In this document: positions 1-8,204 of the stretch, one piece after another
Numbering within the stretch: position 1 is the stretch's first letter
Layout: each line of letters begins with the position of its first letter
DNA from: Amoeboradix gromovi X-113
Lineage: Eukaryota > Fungi > Sanchytriomycota
Direction of reading: 5' to 3'
Assembly (NCBI GenBank): GCA_018985225.1
Contig: JADGIF010000362.1
Span: forward strand, 1 to 10,092
Length of the DNA: 10,092 nt
The notes under the pieces: generated by a model
The model's database searches: none
The model's input: the letters and a program-made list of their open reading frames with translations, nothing else
What the model was told of the DNA's origin: nothing
Translations under genes and position numbers: made by a program

Positions 1-982
1 TTAGTAGTGCTTATAAACACCATAATATAGCAAATTCATTTTTATAATGCAATTGTTCATGTTTGTGGACAGTCTATTCCCCATACAATCAATATGCACT
101 TGATCCTCGTATGTCTCTTTCGCTGATGTCACAAAGGCTGAGCTGGTCTTATGTGCTATGACATAGTGCACGTCTGATAGATTTAAGATCAAATAAGGAG
201 TCTTTTTCTTTTCGTCATCCGTTTTTACCCCCAGTCTACTTTACATAGAGCATGTCATATCTATTCCTATTTAACTTAGTCCTACTGTTTGGCGCTCCAT
301 TGCTCTTGCAAAAGCGTGGACACATGGATACTGCTTTGGAATTCTTACCATTTCTCTTCAATTTAGTGCCGATTTACACAATGAGAAAAAGATATAGGGA
401 TTTAGCGTAGTTGTAAATCCACAATAAATACTTAAATACTTTTGCAAACACGCTTATGCTTTTTTTGCCTCTTGTAAATCAAAAAAACATGAGCATCTAT
501 CACTAGTAGTTAATCATTACACTAACGTAGTTAAAAATGATAGAAAAGTTTAAAACAACTATTGTGGCATACAGGTCTGGGTTGCAACAAGTTGACTTTG
601 AAGCAGCAGTCGCATCGGTAAAGCAATAAGAAAAATCAGTAGGAACTCCTGCTATGCGTTCAATTTACAATCGTGTGAGCAAGTTGCACAATAACTGGAG
701 ATCATTTGAAACCTCGACTTCTCATGAAAGTGATACCAATGCTTTCAATTATGTATGCATTTCCTTTGAGTTATGAGAAAATAGAGAGCAGTTTCTGGGA
801 ATTCACTGGATTTTTGTTTGGTGATTTTCTTAATTTTGCAGTCACCGTCCAATCTTTCCATTCCATTGGACGCAGACTTCCTGACCTTATACCATGGTGG
901 CCTTTTACTGATCCTGATAATGTGTAATTCTTACCGCATACTGTGTATGATGTATAATTTGTTAGTAAATATAATGAAATTT

Positions 983-999
983 CTAATTTATTCAAATAC
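983..999 (-). other. Candidate 17-nt spliceosomal intron spanning the separase stop codon
   Basis: The minus strand reads GTATTTGAATAAATTAG in phase 0. The donor is the same GTATTT as in the other two introns, and the 3' end TAAATTAG is one base off TAACNTAG. Splicing would give ...YGNPV-KFHYIY* (stop 962-964). The unspliced end (...YGNPVVFE*) is also acceptable. Confidence 0.3.
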
Positions 1000-3900
1000 T
1001 ACTGGGTTTCCGTAGCAAACCAAAGAACTCGCATTTAAATACTTCAGTTTACACTCTTGCCTACTCTCCTGTATTGCTTTACTTGTATCTTTCTTAAACT
1101 GCAATCCTTCCAACATGCTTATAGTTTGCACGTCCAAGTCTTTATCGGTTATATCCCAAAGTGTGCCAATTACAGCTCTGCAGCCCATGTTCAGATACAG
1201 CTCAGCTATACTACTTCTTGTTATGCCGTAGTCTATGCTTTTTAAACTTGAACAACCCATTAAGAACACAACCGAATTTGATGTATTCTTAGACAAATTA
1301 GTAGGGTTGTAATATTTTTCGCCTGCACCATGTCCGCAATACATGAAGATATCATTTCCTAGTAAATCGAACCATTTATTCTCACTAATTGATTTCTCTC
1401 TCTTCCATTCCATATGCTGCAATTTCATGTTCAGTCTCTCTTCTGTTTTAACTAGATCGGTACCAGGGTTAAGTATATAGACACCATTGCTCAAAGTTAC
1501 TTTATGTGGCTCTGCACTGACTTTGAAATGCAAGTTCGGAATCCGGTATAAACTCATATTTTGGCATACTTCTGTACTTTCGATAGGTATAAATGTTAGC
1601 TTGGCATCTATCAATATATGCAGTATACCTGAGTATGTGTTGCAGTCTTTTCCTACCTCTCCATCTATCTTAAACTCATTTTTGTACTTTTTCGCAAGTC
1701 TTAGCCCACACTCGTTACTATTTCCTATTTTAGTTAGCGTGTCACCAAGCAATAGTACTGTCATTCCTATCTCAAGTCTTTTGTTTAGCAGTTCTAAAGA
1801 TTCTCTTATTTTGCCATCTACGTACTTTCTCTGTTTCCACCATTCTCTTGCATCCATGTTTTGTTTAATAATAGCCTGTCCCTTGTCTATCAAGGCTTTG
1901 ATATGCTCAGTGAACGCGCCGATTGATTTATGCCATTCGTCTGAGCTGGTTGTTTCCTTTAAATCAAACGGTACCTTCACAATTTTGTTATTATAAACAA
2001 ATATCATACAATTTGTTAAATCGCCTTGTAATAGCATCAACCTGTTGCTGCCAACCCCGCTTGCTTTTGGCATTTGTTTCCTTGTGATCAAGGACAAGTC
2101 TGCTACATCTATACTGGCTGGATTCATATATCCAATTAATTCATAAACATCAGCTATCAACTCGCTTTTATCATCATGGTTATCGTTTAAGTAATGATTT
2201 ATTAAACTGATCTCTACCAAACATGCAACAATGTATTGAATGTCTGTATATTCCATTAGTGGTACAATTTCGATAATTTGAGATTTCATAGTGATTACGT
2301 TGTGTACCAGTTGTATTAAAGTATTTGGACTATTTGTATATGCAGTGCTAGGGTAAAATAGCAGGTTATTAACCCAGTTGCCATGGTCCTTCAAATATTC
2401 TTTCAATTTAGAAATCTGCATTTTAAACTCTATGGTTTTGTACATGAAAGAAGAAGAATTAAACAACAAATGTATTTTATTACTACATTTAATTTTACCC
2501 GTTTTCAGTAATCGATATTCAATTTCTAAGAAATCATCATGTAGCCAACTAATACCCTGTTTATAATTACCAATTGATGATTTAAGATCATTCAGAGACT
2601 CCAAACTGTTGCTATTCACATCTGATTGTAATAACAAGTTAGAATAATGATTATTGCAACTAATTGGTTTGTTTTTGATCAAGTTCACATAGTCTAGCCA
2701 ATATTGTATTTTATAGCATCTGACACTCATCCCGTACTTTGTATATTTAGCGAGAATACTCTTTGCTAAGCCCAACAACAGTTTGGGGCTTTTTATCAGG
2801 TATAAGAGGGGCAGTAATAAATAAAATGATTCATATAGTATTAACTTGTCAATTATTGTACTCGGTGTTCGCTGCAGTATAATATCAAATGATTTGAATG
2901 CCTCCATGTAATTGTATTGTATTATTGAGTTGTAACAGTGCCCTAGAATTGAGTTTTTATTATTTTTCAACTCTCCTCCATGGTTATAAAAACTAGTTAA
3001 TACGAGAGCAAAGTCATTAATATCTTCATCTCTAATCTCTTTAATTCTTATATCAGACATTGAATTCAGACCTCTAGTTTTTAATTTGACCCACAATGTA
3101 CAAGATTCAAACAAAACTGATAAACTGTTGCTGGATTCAGCAGAGAGGCATAATTCAGATTTCAAAGATTGAAATTTGGTGATAAAATTGCTCAGCCTGC
3201 TTAAATCGTCATTCATTATGCACTTGAAAATGCAGGTTTTAATCCATCTGTATGCCAATGGGCCCATTACAACAGAACTTTTATAAATACAGTCAGACTT
3301 GCCTAGTATTAAACTCATACACAAGGAATACAAGCAGCATGGATATGGAATATAGGAAGTGCTGCTATTACAGTTTTCTATTCGGTTATTCATATTAACT
3401 AGTGGGTCATTGTCAACTATTGAAATATCAAGTACTACGGCATACTCCTTTAATTGCCTATAAACAAATAATTGTTTTTTTAGTTTATGCATTTGGGGTA
3501 TTAGCAGCTGAGCAACGTTTCTTTTAACCGGGAATTTCTTGACTTTCCAGTTCACTGGCAGCAGAAGAGCAAGAATTTCGTTTAATACACGAACATTATC
3601 CGAGATATCCCACAGGTACTCTAGCAAAGACGGATTAATGGCCTTTATAGCCATAAATGTTTTCACGTCTTTGAGATGACCGACAATTTCAGACAAGTAT
3701 GAGTGAGACTGATCAAACTTCAGGCTATAACTATAAAGACGTACATCCTGGTCAAGACAAGAAAAAATGCAACAGCGCTGATCAGGACTTAATAAATGAA
3801 ATATACTGCCAATTAGTTTGACCATGTTGGGGTGATGTATTCCATTAAAAACGTCATTAATTCTAGAGATTATAGGACTTTTGACGGATAACAAGATGGA

Positions 3901-4107
3901 TTTTATGTTATCAATTGATAGTTTTGGAAGAAGGTAAAGTAACTCATTTGAAGAATAAGACCAGTTGACAGCTAGTAAATTATTAGCACTTGGTAACAAG
4001 TTTAAAATATAACATCTTTGATTTTCATTAGCTTCATTTAATACTGTGATCAATTCGTTTGTAATGACAGTTTCCCCATTTTGTAAAGCCTTGCAGATGG
4101 CATCCAT
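988..4107 (-). CDS. ESP1: Separase (peptidase C50, Esp1/Cut1 family), 1039 aa
   Basis: C-terminal separase motifs: REWWKQRKYVD, YILNPGTDLVKTE, MYCGHGAGEKY (catalytic His926, nt 1330-1332), FLMGCSS (catalytic Cys952, nt 1252-1254), GTLWDITDKDLD and LKYLNASSLVCYGNP. The N-terminus is Leu-rich and looks helical. The last few residues could differ if 983-999 is an intron. Confidence 0.95.
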   Translation of the reverse strand: MDAICKALQNGETVITNELITVLNEANENQRCYILNLLPSANNLLAVNWSYSSNELLYLLPKLSIDNIKSILLSVKSPIISRINDVFNGIHHPNMVKLIGSIFHLLSPDQRCCIFSCLDQDVRLYSYSLKFDQSHSYLSEIVGHLKDVKTFMAIKAINPSLLEYLWDISDNVRVLNEILALLLPVNWKVKKFPVKRNVAQLLIPQMHKLKKQLFVYRQLKEYAVVLDISIVDNDPLVNMNNRIENCNSSTSYIPYPCCLYSLCMSLILGKSDCIYKSSVVMGPLAYRWIKTCIFKCIMNDDLSRLSNFITKFQSLKSELCLSAESSNSLSVLFESCTLWVKLKTRGLNSMSDIRIKEIRDEDINDFALVLTSFYNHGGELKNNKNSILGHCYNSIIQYNYMEAFKSFDIILQRTPSTIIDKLILYESFYLLLPLLYLIKSPKLLLGLAKSILAKYTKYGMSVRCYKIQYWLDYVNLIKNKPISCNNHYSNLLLQSDVNSNSLESLNDLKSSIGNYKQGISWLHDDFLEIEYRLLKTGKIKCSNKIHLLFNSSSFMYKTIEFKMQISKLKEYLKDHGNWVNNLLFYPSTAYTNSPNTLIQLVHNVITMKSQIIEIVPLMEYTDIQYIVACLVEISLINHYLNDNHDDKSELIADVYELIGYMNPASIDVADLSLITRKQMPKASGVGSNRLMLLQGDLTNCMIFVYNNKIVKVPFDLKETTSSDEWHKSIGAFTEHIKALIDKGQAIIKQNMDAREWWKQRKYVDGKIRESLELLNKRLEIGMTVLLLGDTLTKIGNSNECGLRLAKKYKNEFKIDGEVGKDCNTYSGILHILIDAKLTFIPIESTEVCQNMSLYRIPNLHFKVSAEPHKVTLSNGVYILNPGTDLVKTEERLNMKLQHMEWKREKSISENKWFDLLGNDIFMYCGHGAGEKYYNPTNLSKNTSNSVVFLMGCSSLKSIDYGITRSSIAELYLNMGCRAVIGTLWDITDKDLDVQTISMLEGLQFKKDTSKAIQESRQECKLKYLNASSLVCYGNPVVFE

Positions 4108-4250
4108 AAGTTTAATGTTTGGAATTGTGCTCCACTTTTTACAAACACCATAAAACGAATTAAAAAAGTGTGAATAATTATGATAACAATTTTGCGATTT
4201 CTATTACACATTGTTTAAGATTTAATGCTAATAACAATCCTTCAAACAAA
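4108..4250. promoter_or_regulatory. Short divergent (bidirectional) promoter region between the separase and CBS-domain genes
   Basis: The two ATGs at 4107 (-) and 4251 (+) lie head-to-head, separated by 143 AT-rich bases. No specific element was identified. Confidence 0.55.
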
Positions 4251-5150
4251 ATGTTGAATTTTGAGCCAACTATTTATCATCATTTGGACTACTCTGACAT
4301 TCCAAATAGCGTGTCAGTACCACACCCTTTATTAGCCCTGGCAATGATCCACAAAGGAAAACGAGTTGCGTGCTCTGTGGATGCAGACTATTTAGAGTTG
4401 CTAAAAGAGAACCAGAAAACAAATTGTGAGATGGTTGATATAGATTTGATAGTTGAAAAACTACGATCTTTACTCAAAGACGTAGTAAACCCTTCTATTA
4501 TACTACCAAAAGACATGTATCTGGAGAAGGCTTTTCCAAATTCCCAGTTTGCACCGAGTTTGAGTTACAACGAGCTGCTGCAGGTTGGATTTCAATTGTA
4601 CAAAAACGGCATATTCATAGGTTTACAAAGTATCAGCGCGTGTGTTATGGCGAAACAAGAAAACAAGAAATTCCTGAGTATTGATTCTTGTTGGTTATAC
4701 AGCTCTACATTGCTTAACAAGAGCCACTTAACAGAGCATGGTGTTATTCGCAATGAAGTCGAATACATGGGTGCCACTGTTGAAGATTTGCAACTGCCGC
4801 ATGCAGTACTTGCAAAGAAAGACATGCTAGTTAAGGATGCTTTAGATTGCATGATGGATTTTGATTTTACCTTTATGCCTGTTACGAAAGAAAAAAAATT
4901 GATTGGGTGGGTTAACAGGGATATCTTGATTAGAATGGACGACAATAAGACTGTTGGCGAATGTATGACAAAAAGACCAAGACAAAAGTTCATTAAAATT
5001 ACTCCATCGACTCCGCTACAGGAATTGAAAGAATTTCTTGATTTGTATCCTGTGGCCTTCATCACTGATGGAAATGGTAAATTTGTACTTGGGGTTGCAA
5101 CAAAAACTGATTTAGCCAAATTCGCAGAAAGCACACCTTTTATGCAGTAA
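4251..5150 (+). CDS. Tandem CBS-domain (Bateman module) protein with degenerate cystathionine beta-synthase/cysteine synthase-like N-terminal region, 299 aa
   Basis: The first in-frame ATG is at 4251 in an A-rich context (caaacaaaATG); the track's 4170 start is a GTG. CBS pair: YMGATVEDLQLPHAV...VKDALDCMMDFDFTFMPVTKEKKLIGWV...ITPSTPLQELKEFL...AFITDGNGKFVLGVATKTDLAKF. The upstream segments LYKNGIFIGLQS and IDSCWLYSSTLLNKSHLTEHG resemble the end of the fold-type II PLP catalytic domain. Confidence 0.85.
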   Translation: MLNFEPTIYHHLDYSDIPNSVSVPHPLLALAMIHKGKRVACSVDADYLELLKENQKTNCEMVDIDLIVEKLRSLLKDVVNPSIILPKDMYLEKAFPNSQFAPSLSYNELLQVGFQLYKNGIFIGLQSISACVMAKQENKKFLSIDSCWLYSSTLLNKSHLTEHGVIRNEVEYMGATVEDLQLPHAVLAKKDMLVKDALDCMMDFDFTFMPVTKEKKLIGWVNRDILIRMDDNKTVGECMTKRPRQKFIKITPSTPLQELKEFLDLYPVAFITDGNGKFVLGVATKTDLAKFAESTPFMQ

Positions 5151-5382
5151 TAATTAGTAAATAATTTATTCAGCAATTATAATTAGTTTCTCAAAATTTG
5201 CCAACTCCTGAAATCCTGATTGGTGTAACCTTTAGCATATGGACAATTTGGCAATACACAAGGTCTTGGGGAAAATTAGACTCAATCCAAAGAGCAAAGT
5301 AATTGGTTCGGCAAGTTTTTTAAATCAATACGTACCAGACTAGTTACAAGTTCCCAAATTTAAGTAGCTCAATCCCGGAACA

Positions 5383-5980
5383 ATGCCTTCGCAATTCAGA
5401 AACATGACAACTTTTATTGAATCCAAACAAGTAGACCTTTATGACTTTTTATTTAATGAGGAAGAAGAAAGGGCTAATTTAGGAAGCTTTTCCTTTGGAG
5501 AGAACGTAAAGCATAGTGCCAAATGCGCCACGAAGACTCCCAACACACTTAATAAAGTTGATTCGACTTCGCCTGATGATTTTGATGTATTTGAAGCAGT
5601 TAACATGACCGATGCATATTTTGATTCCATCGCAGAATCCAATCAACTTACGTTCGAGGATAGTACTAATTCATTTGCAGGCGTACCCGCTTGCTTTAGG
5701 CCTTGCATTTCTTCTAATCCACTTAATAATGAGCATTCTAAATTGGCTTCTTTTGTTGACGGACGAAAGACCAGGAAACGTCGGAAGAGTAATGAGATTG
5801 ATAGGAAGTTCTTCTGCGATTTTCCGCTTTGCCATAAGAGTTATGGGACAATTACTCATTTAAATACGCATCGGGTGTCAAAGGGACACGGAAACGTATT
5901 TTAAAATAACGTAGAGGTTGACCAAGCAAGATTTCTTATACATGCAATCAAGGGTAGAGTCAATGAATAAACAAGTTTAA
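5383..5980 (+). CDS. Fungal-type single C2H2 zinc-finger protein, join(5383..5895,5915..5980), 192 aa
   Basis: A basic stretch RKTRKRRKSNEIDRKF precedes CDFPLC-HKSYGTITHLNTH-RVSKGHG, like the fungal RRRxxEIERxYxC...YGTLNHLNAH...HG family. The N-terminus is acidic and Phe-rich. Removing the 19-nt intron extends the protein with RLTKQDFLYMQSRVESMNKQV*. Confidence 0.8.
5896..5914 (+). other. 19-nt spliceosomal intron (phase 0)
   Basis: GTATTTTAAAATAACGTAG has GT-AG ends, contains the in-frame TAA and shares donor and 3' motifs with the kinase intron. Splicing yields HGN-RLTKQDF, matching the HGxxxxxxxF continuation expected after this finger. Confidence 0.78.
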
Positions 5981-6036
5981 TTTTTTAGTTATGTTATTTT
6001 CTTTTTTATATTTCAGTTTCATATTTAAAGCCACCA

Positions 6037-8121
6037 ATGTCCAATCCATATCCAAAAAACGTGGAAAGAAACATAGTTCCTCCTCCACGTCCAAAAGAAA
6101 ATTCAACAAGTGAGCTCGCCAAAAAATTAGAAAACTCCAACGTGTTAAGACTTGATAATAAAAAAGGTCCCAAAGGAGATGGGTTTAACATAGATTCTAG
6201 CATGAGAAGATCTCGATCATTGGAGGGAGTATTAGATGATAAGAAATCGAAGCCTAAACCTCCGCCACGACCAGATCGCCCAGAAAGAAGCAGAGCCTCT
6301 AGTAAAACGCCTAGTTTAGACGACAGGGAGACATCTAATTCAGGAACTATTAGCCATAAGAAATCGGTTAAAAATGCGGTCCAAGTTGCTGACATAAAAT
6401 CTGCTTTTTCATCCGCCCAATCGAATCCAAATTTGAACAATGAGGGAAAAAATCAAACAGTTAAAGAGAACCCTCAAAAGACTGCAGGTATATCCAAAAC
6501 TATTAGAACTTTGGTGAGTAATGTAATCAGCAAGGACGAGCAATCAGATAAAAGCGTTGTTATAAGCGGTCCCTATAACCCCGTCCATGTAACCCATGTT
6601 GGGTTTAATTCTGAAAACGGAGAGTTTACTGGGTTGCCCAAACAGTGGGATGAATTACTAAAATCCTCGGGCATTACTAGGCAAGAGCAAACTGCTAACC
6701 CTCAAGCAGTTTTGGACATTATTGGATTTTATACCGACAGTAAGAAATCTGACGAAGAATCTGCTCAAGTTACTAAATTTATGACCACACCGGATAAGAT
6801 TGCCGAAGAAAAGAAAAAGAGCAATCAAATACTTTTAAAAAATAATGAAGATGGAAACAAATCTCCAATAGATAAGACTTTTGAAAAGCCAGTGGATAAA
6901 AGACCAGTGGCACCTGAAAGACCTACCCATACTCTTACTGTGTTCTCAAACGATATTAAAAAAGAAACCCCAGAAAAAATACTATTTCAAGATGAGTCGA
7001 AATTGGCAATAAAATTCGAGGAATCCATGAAAGGAAAGGTGGCGGCTAAAGCAGAAGCTGCAAAACCTCTTGTGAAGCTAAATGAAGACATAAAAAAGAC
7101 GAGTCCAAAAGACTCTGGTGTAATTGAATCCAAGGAGAAGATAGCTGTGCCTAAAGATCAAGCTGCTCCGCCACCTCACTCTGAGCCTGTTAAGAAAAGT
7201 GCAAAGATTACTACCAAAGATGTAATCATAAAATTAAAGGAAATTTGTCAGGATCAGGACCCCACAAAATGCTACTCCAATTTGAAAAAGATTGGACAAG
7301 GCGCGAGTGGTGGTGTCTTTAGCGGTATAAAAATTGGCTCAAATCAAGTAGTTGCATTAAAACAAATGAACTTGGAAGCCCAACCGAAAAAGGATCTGAT
7401 AATAAATGAAATATTAGTTATGAGAGATGCACAGCACAAAAATATAGTGAATTTTGTAGATTCGTACCTATGGAAGGGCGATTTGTGGGTAGTTATGGAG
7501 TATATGGAAGGCGGACCATTGACTGATGTTGTCATGTATTCCGTGTTATCAGAAGGTCAAATCGCAGCAATAAGTCGAGAAACGCTTCAAGGACTAGCTC
7601 ATCTTCATTCAAGAAACATTATACATCGAGACATTAAATCTGATAATGTTTTATTAGGTTTAGACGGCTCTGTAAAATTAACTGATTTCGGATTTTGTGC
7701 GCAATTAGGAGAGTCTACTAACAAAAGATCGACTATGGTTGGAACGCCATACTGGATGGCTCCGGAAGTAGTAACTAGAAAGACTTATGGACCTAAAATT
7801 GATGTTTGGAGTTTAGGGATTATGGCCATCGAAATGATTGAAGGAGAGCCTCCTTATTTGAATGAGAATCCATTACGAGTATTTAGTATGTTAACTTAGG
7901 CACTGTATCTAATAGCAACTAACGGAACTCCGAAACTGCAAAATGCGAATCAACTATCAGTAGAATTAAAAGACTTCTTGGTTAAAGCGTTGGAAGTAGA
8001 TCCAGACAAAAGAGCAAGTACTGCCGAATTATTACAGCATAATTTCTTATTGAAAGCTGAGAGTTTAACGACCCTTTCACCTACAATTAAAGCAGCCAAG
8101 GCTGCCTCAACAACAGGATAA
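6037..8121 (+). CDS. STE20: Ste20/PAK family Ser/Thr kinase, join(6037..7878,7900..8121), 687 aa
   Basis: CRIB/PBD domain [29 protein letters not shown] from nt 6562. Kinase motifs [39 protein letters not shown] and [19 protein letters not shown]. Exon 2 supplies [14 protein letters not shown]...[26 protein letters not shown]...AASTTG*. No PH domain is evident before the CRIB, so it is Ste20-like rather than Cla4-like. Confidence 0.95.
7879..7899 (+). other. 21-nt spliceosomal intron (phase 0)
   Basis: GTATTTAGTATGTTAACTTAG interrupts the strongly conserved PAK sequence NENPLR|[11 protein letters not shown] exactly. Its terminal TAG is an in-frame stop. Confidence 0.92.
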
Positions 8122-8124
8122 ACA

Positions 8125-8130
8125 AATAAA
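8125..8130 (+). promoter_or_regulatory. Putative polyadenylation signal (AATAAA) of the kinase gene
   Basis: AATAAA begins 4 nt after the TAA stop at 8119-8121. The AT-rich background weakens the call. Confidence 0.4.
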
Positions 8131-8204
8131 TCAGTAACATCTACAAACTATTCTTGATCAGAATGAACTACCTTACTGCTAGTGCATTAATAAATTTATC
8201 ACTT

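Noticed and set aside
252-410. 52-aa ATG ORF with a hydrophobic N-terminus followed by KR (MSYLFLFNLVLLFGAPLLLQKRG...), like a secreted peptide precursor
   Set aside because: It is short, and hydrophobic runs arise easily in T-rich DNA. There is no repeat or family motif to support it.
254-530. Intron-like 3' ends TTAACTTAG (271-279) and CTAACGTAG (522-530) on the plus strand
   Set aside because: The available donors (GTCATA, GTAGTT, GTTAAT) do not match GTATTT, and splicing did not give a coherent long reading frame.
706-1015. Three overlapping short ORFs (706-927 +, 771-995 -, 818-1015 +)
   Set aside because: They have non-ATG track starts, overlap each other and show no recognisable homology, so none can be preferred.
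1057-2566. Plus-strand ORFs 1057-1245, 1487-1996 and 2378-2566
   Set aside because: They are antisense shadows of the separase gene with no recognisable motifs.
4170-4250. GTG-initiated 27-aa N-terminal extension of the CBS protein given by the ORF track
   Set aside because: This is a eukaryotic locus, the extension is low-complexity AT-rich sequence, and the ATG at 4251 has a good A-rich context.
4592-7535. ORFs 4592-5176, 5439-5642, 5612-5863, 5671-5859, 6006-6440 and 7344-7535
   Set aside because: They are antisense or alternate-frame overlaps of well-supported genes with no independent evidence.
7897-7899. TAG/TAA reassigned to Gln or stop readthrough as the explanation for the interrupted kinase
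   Set aside because: Readthrough would insert seven residues into a conserved kinase segment. The zinc-finger case needs a frame change. The long ORFs contain no in-frame TAA/TAG while using CAA/CAG freely, and genes end in TAA/TAG.
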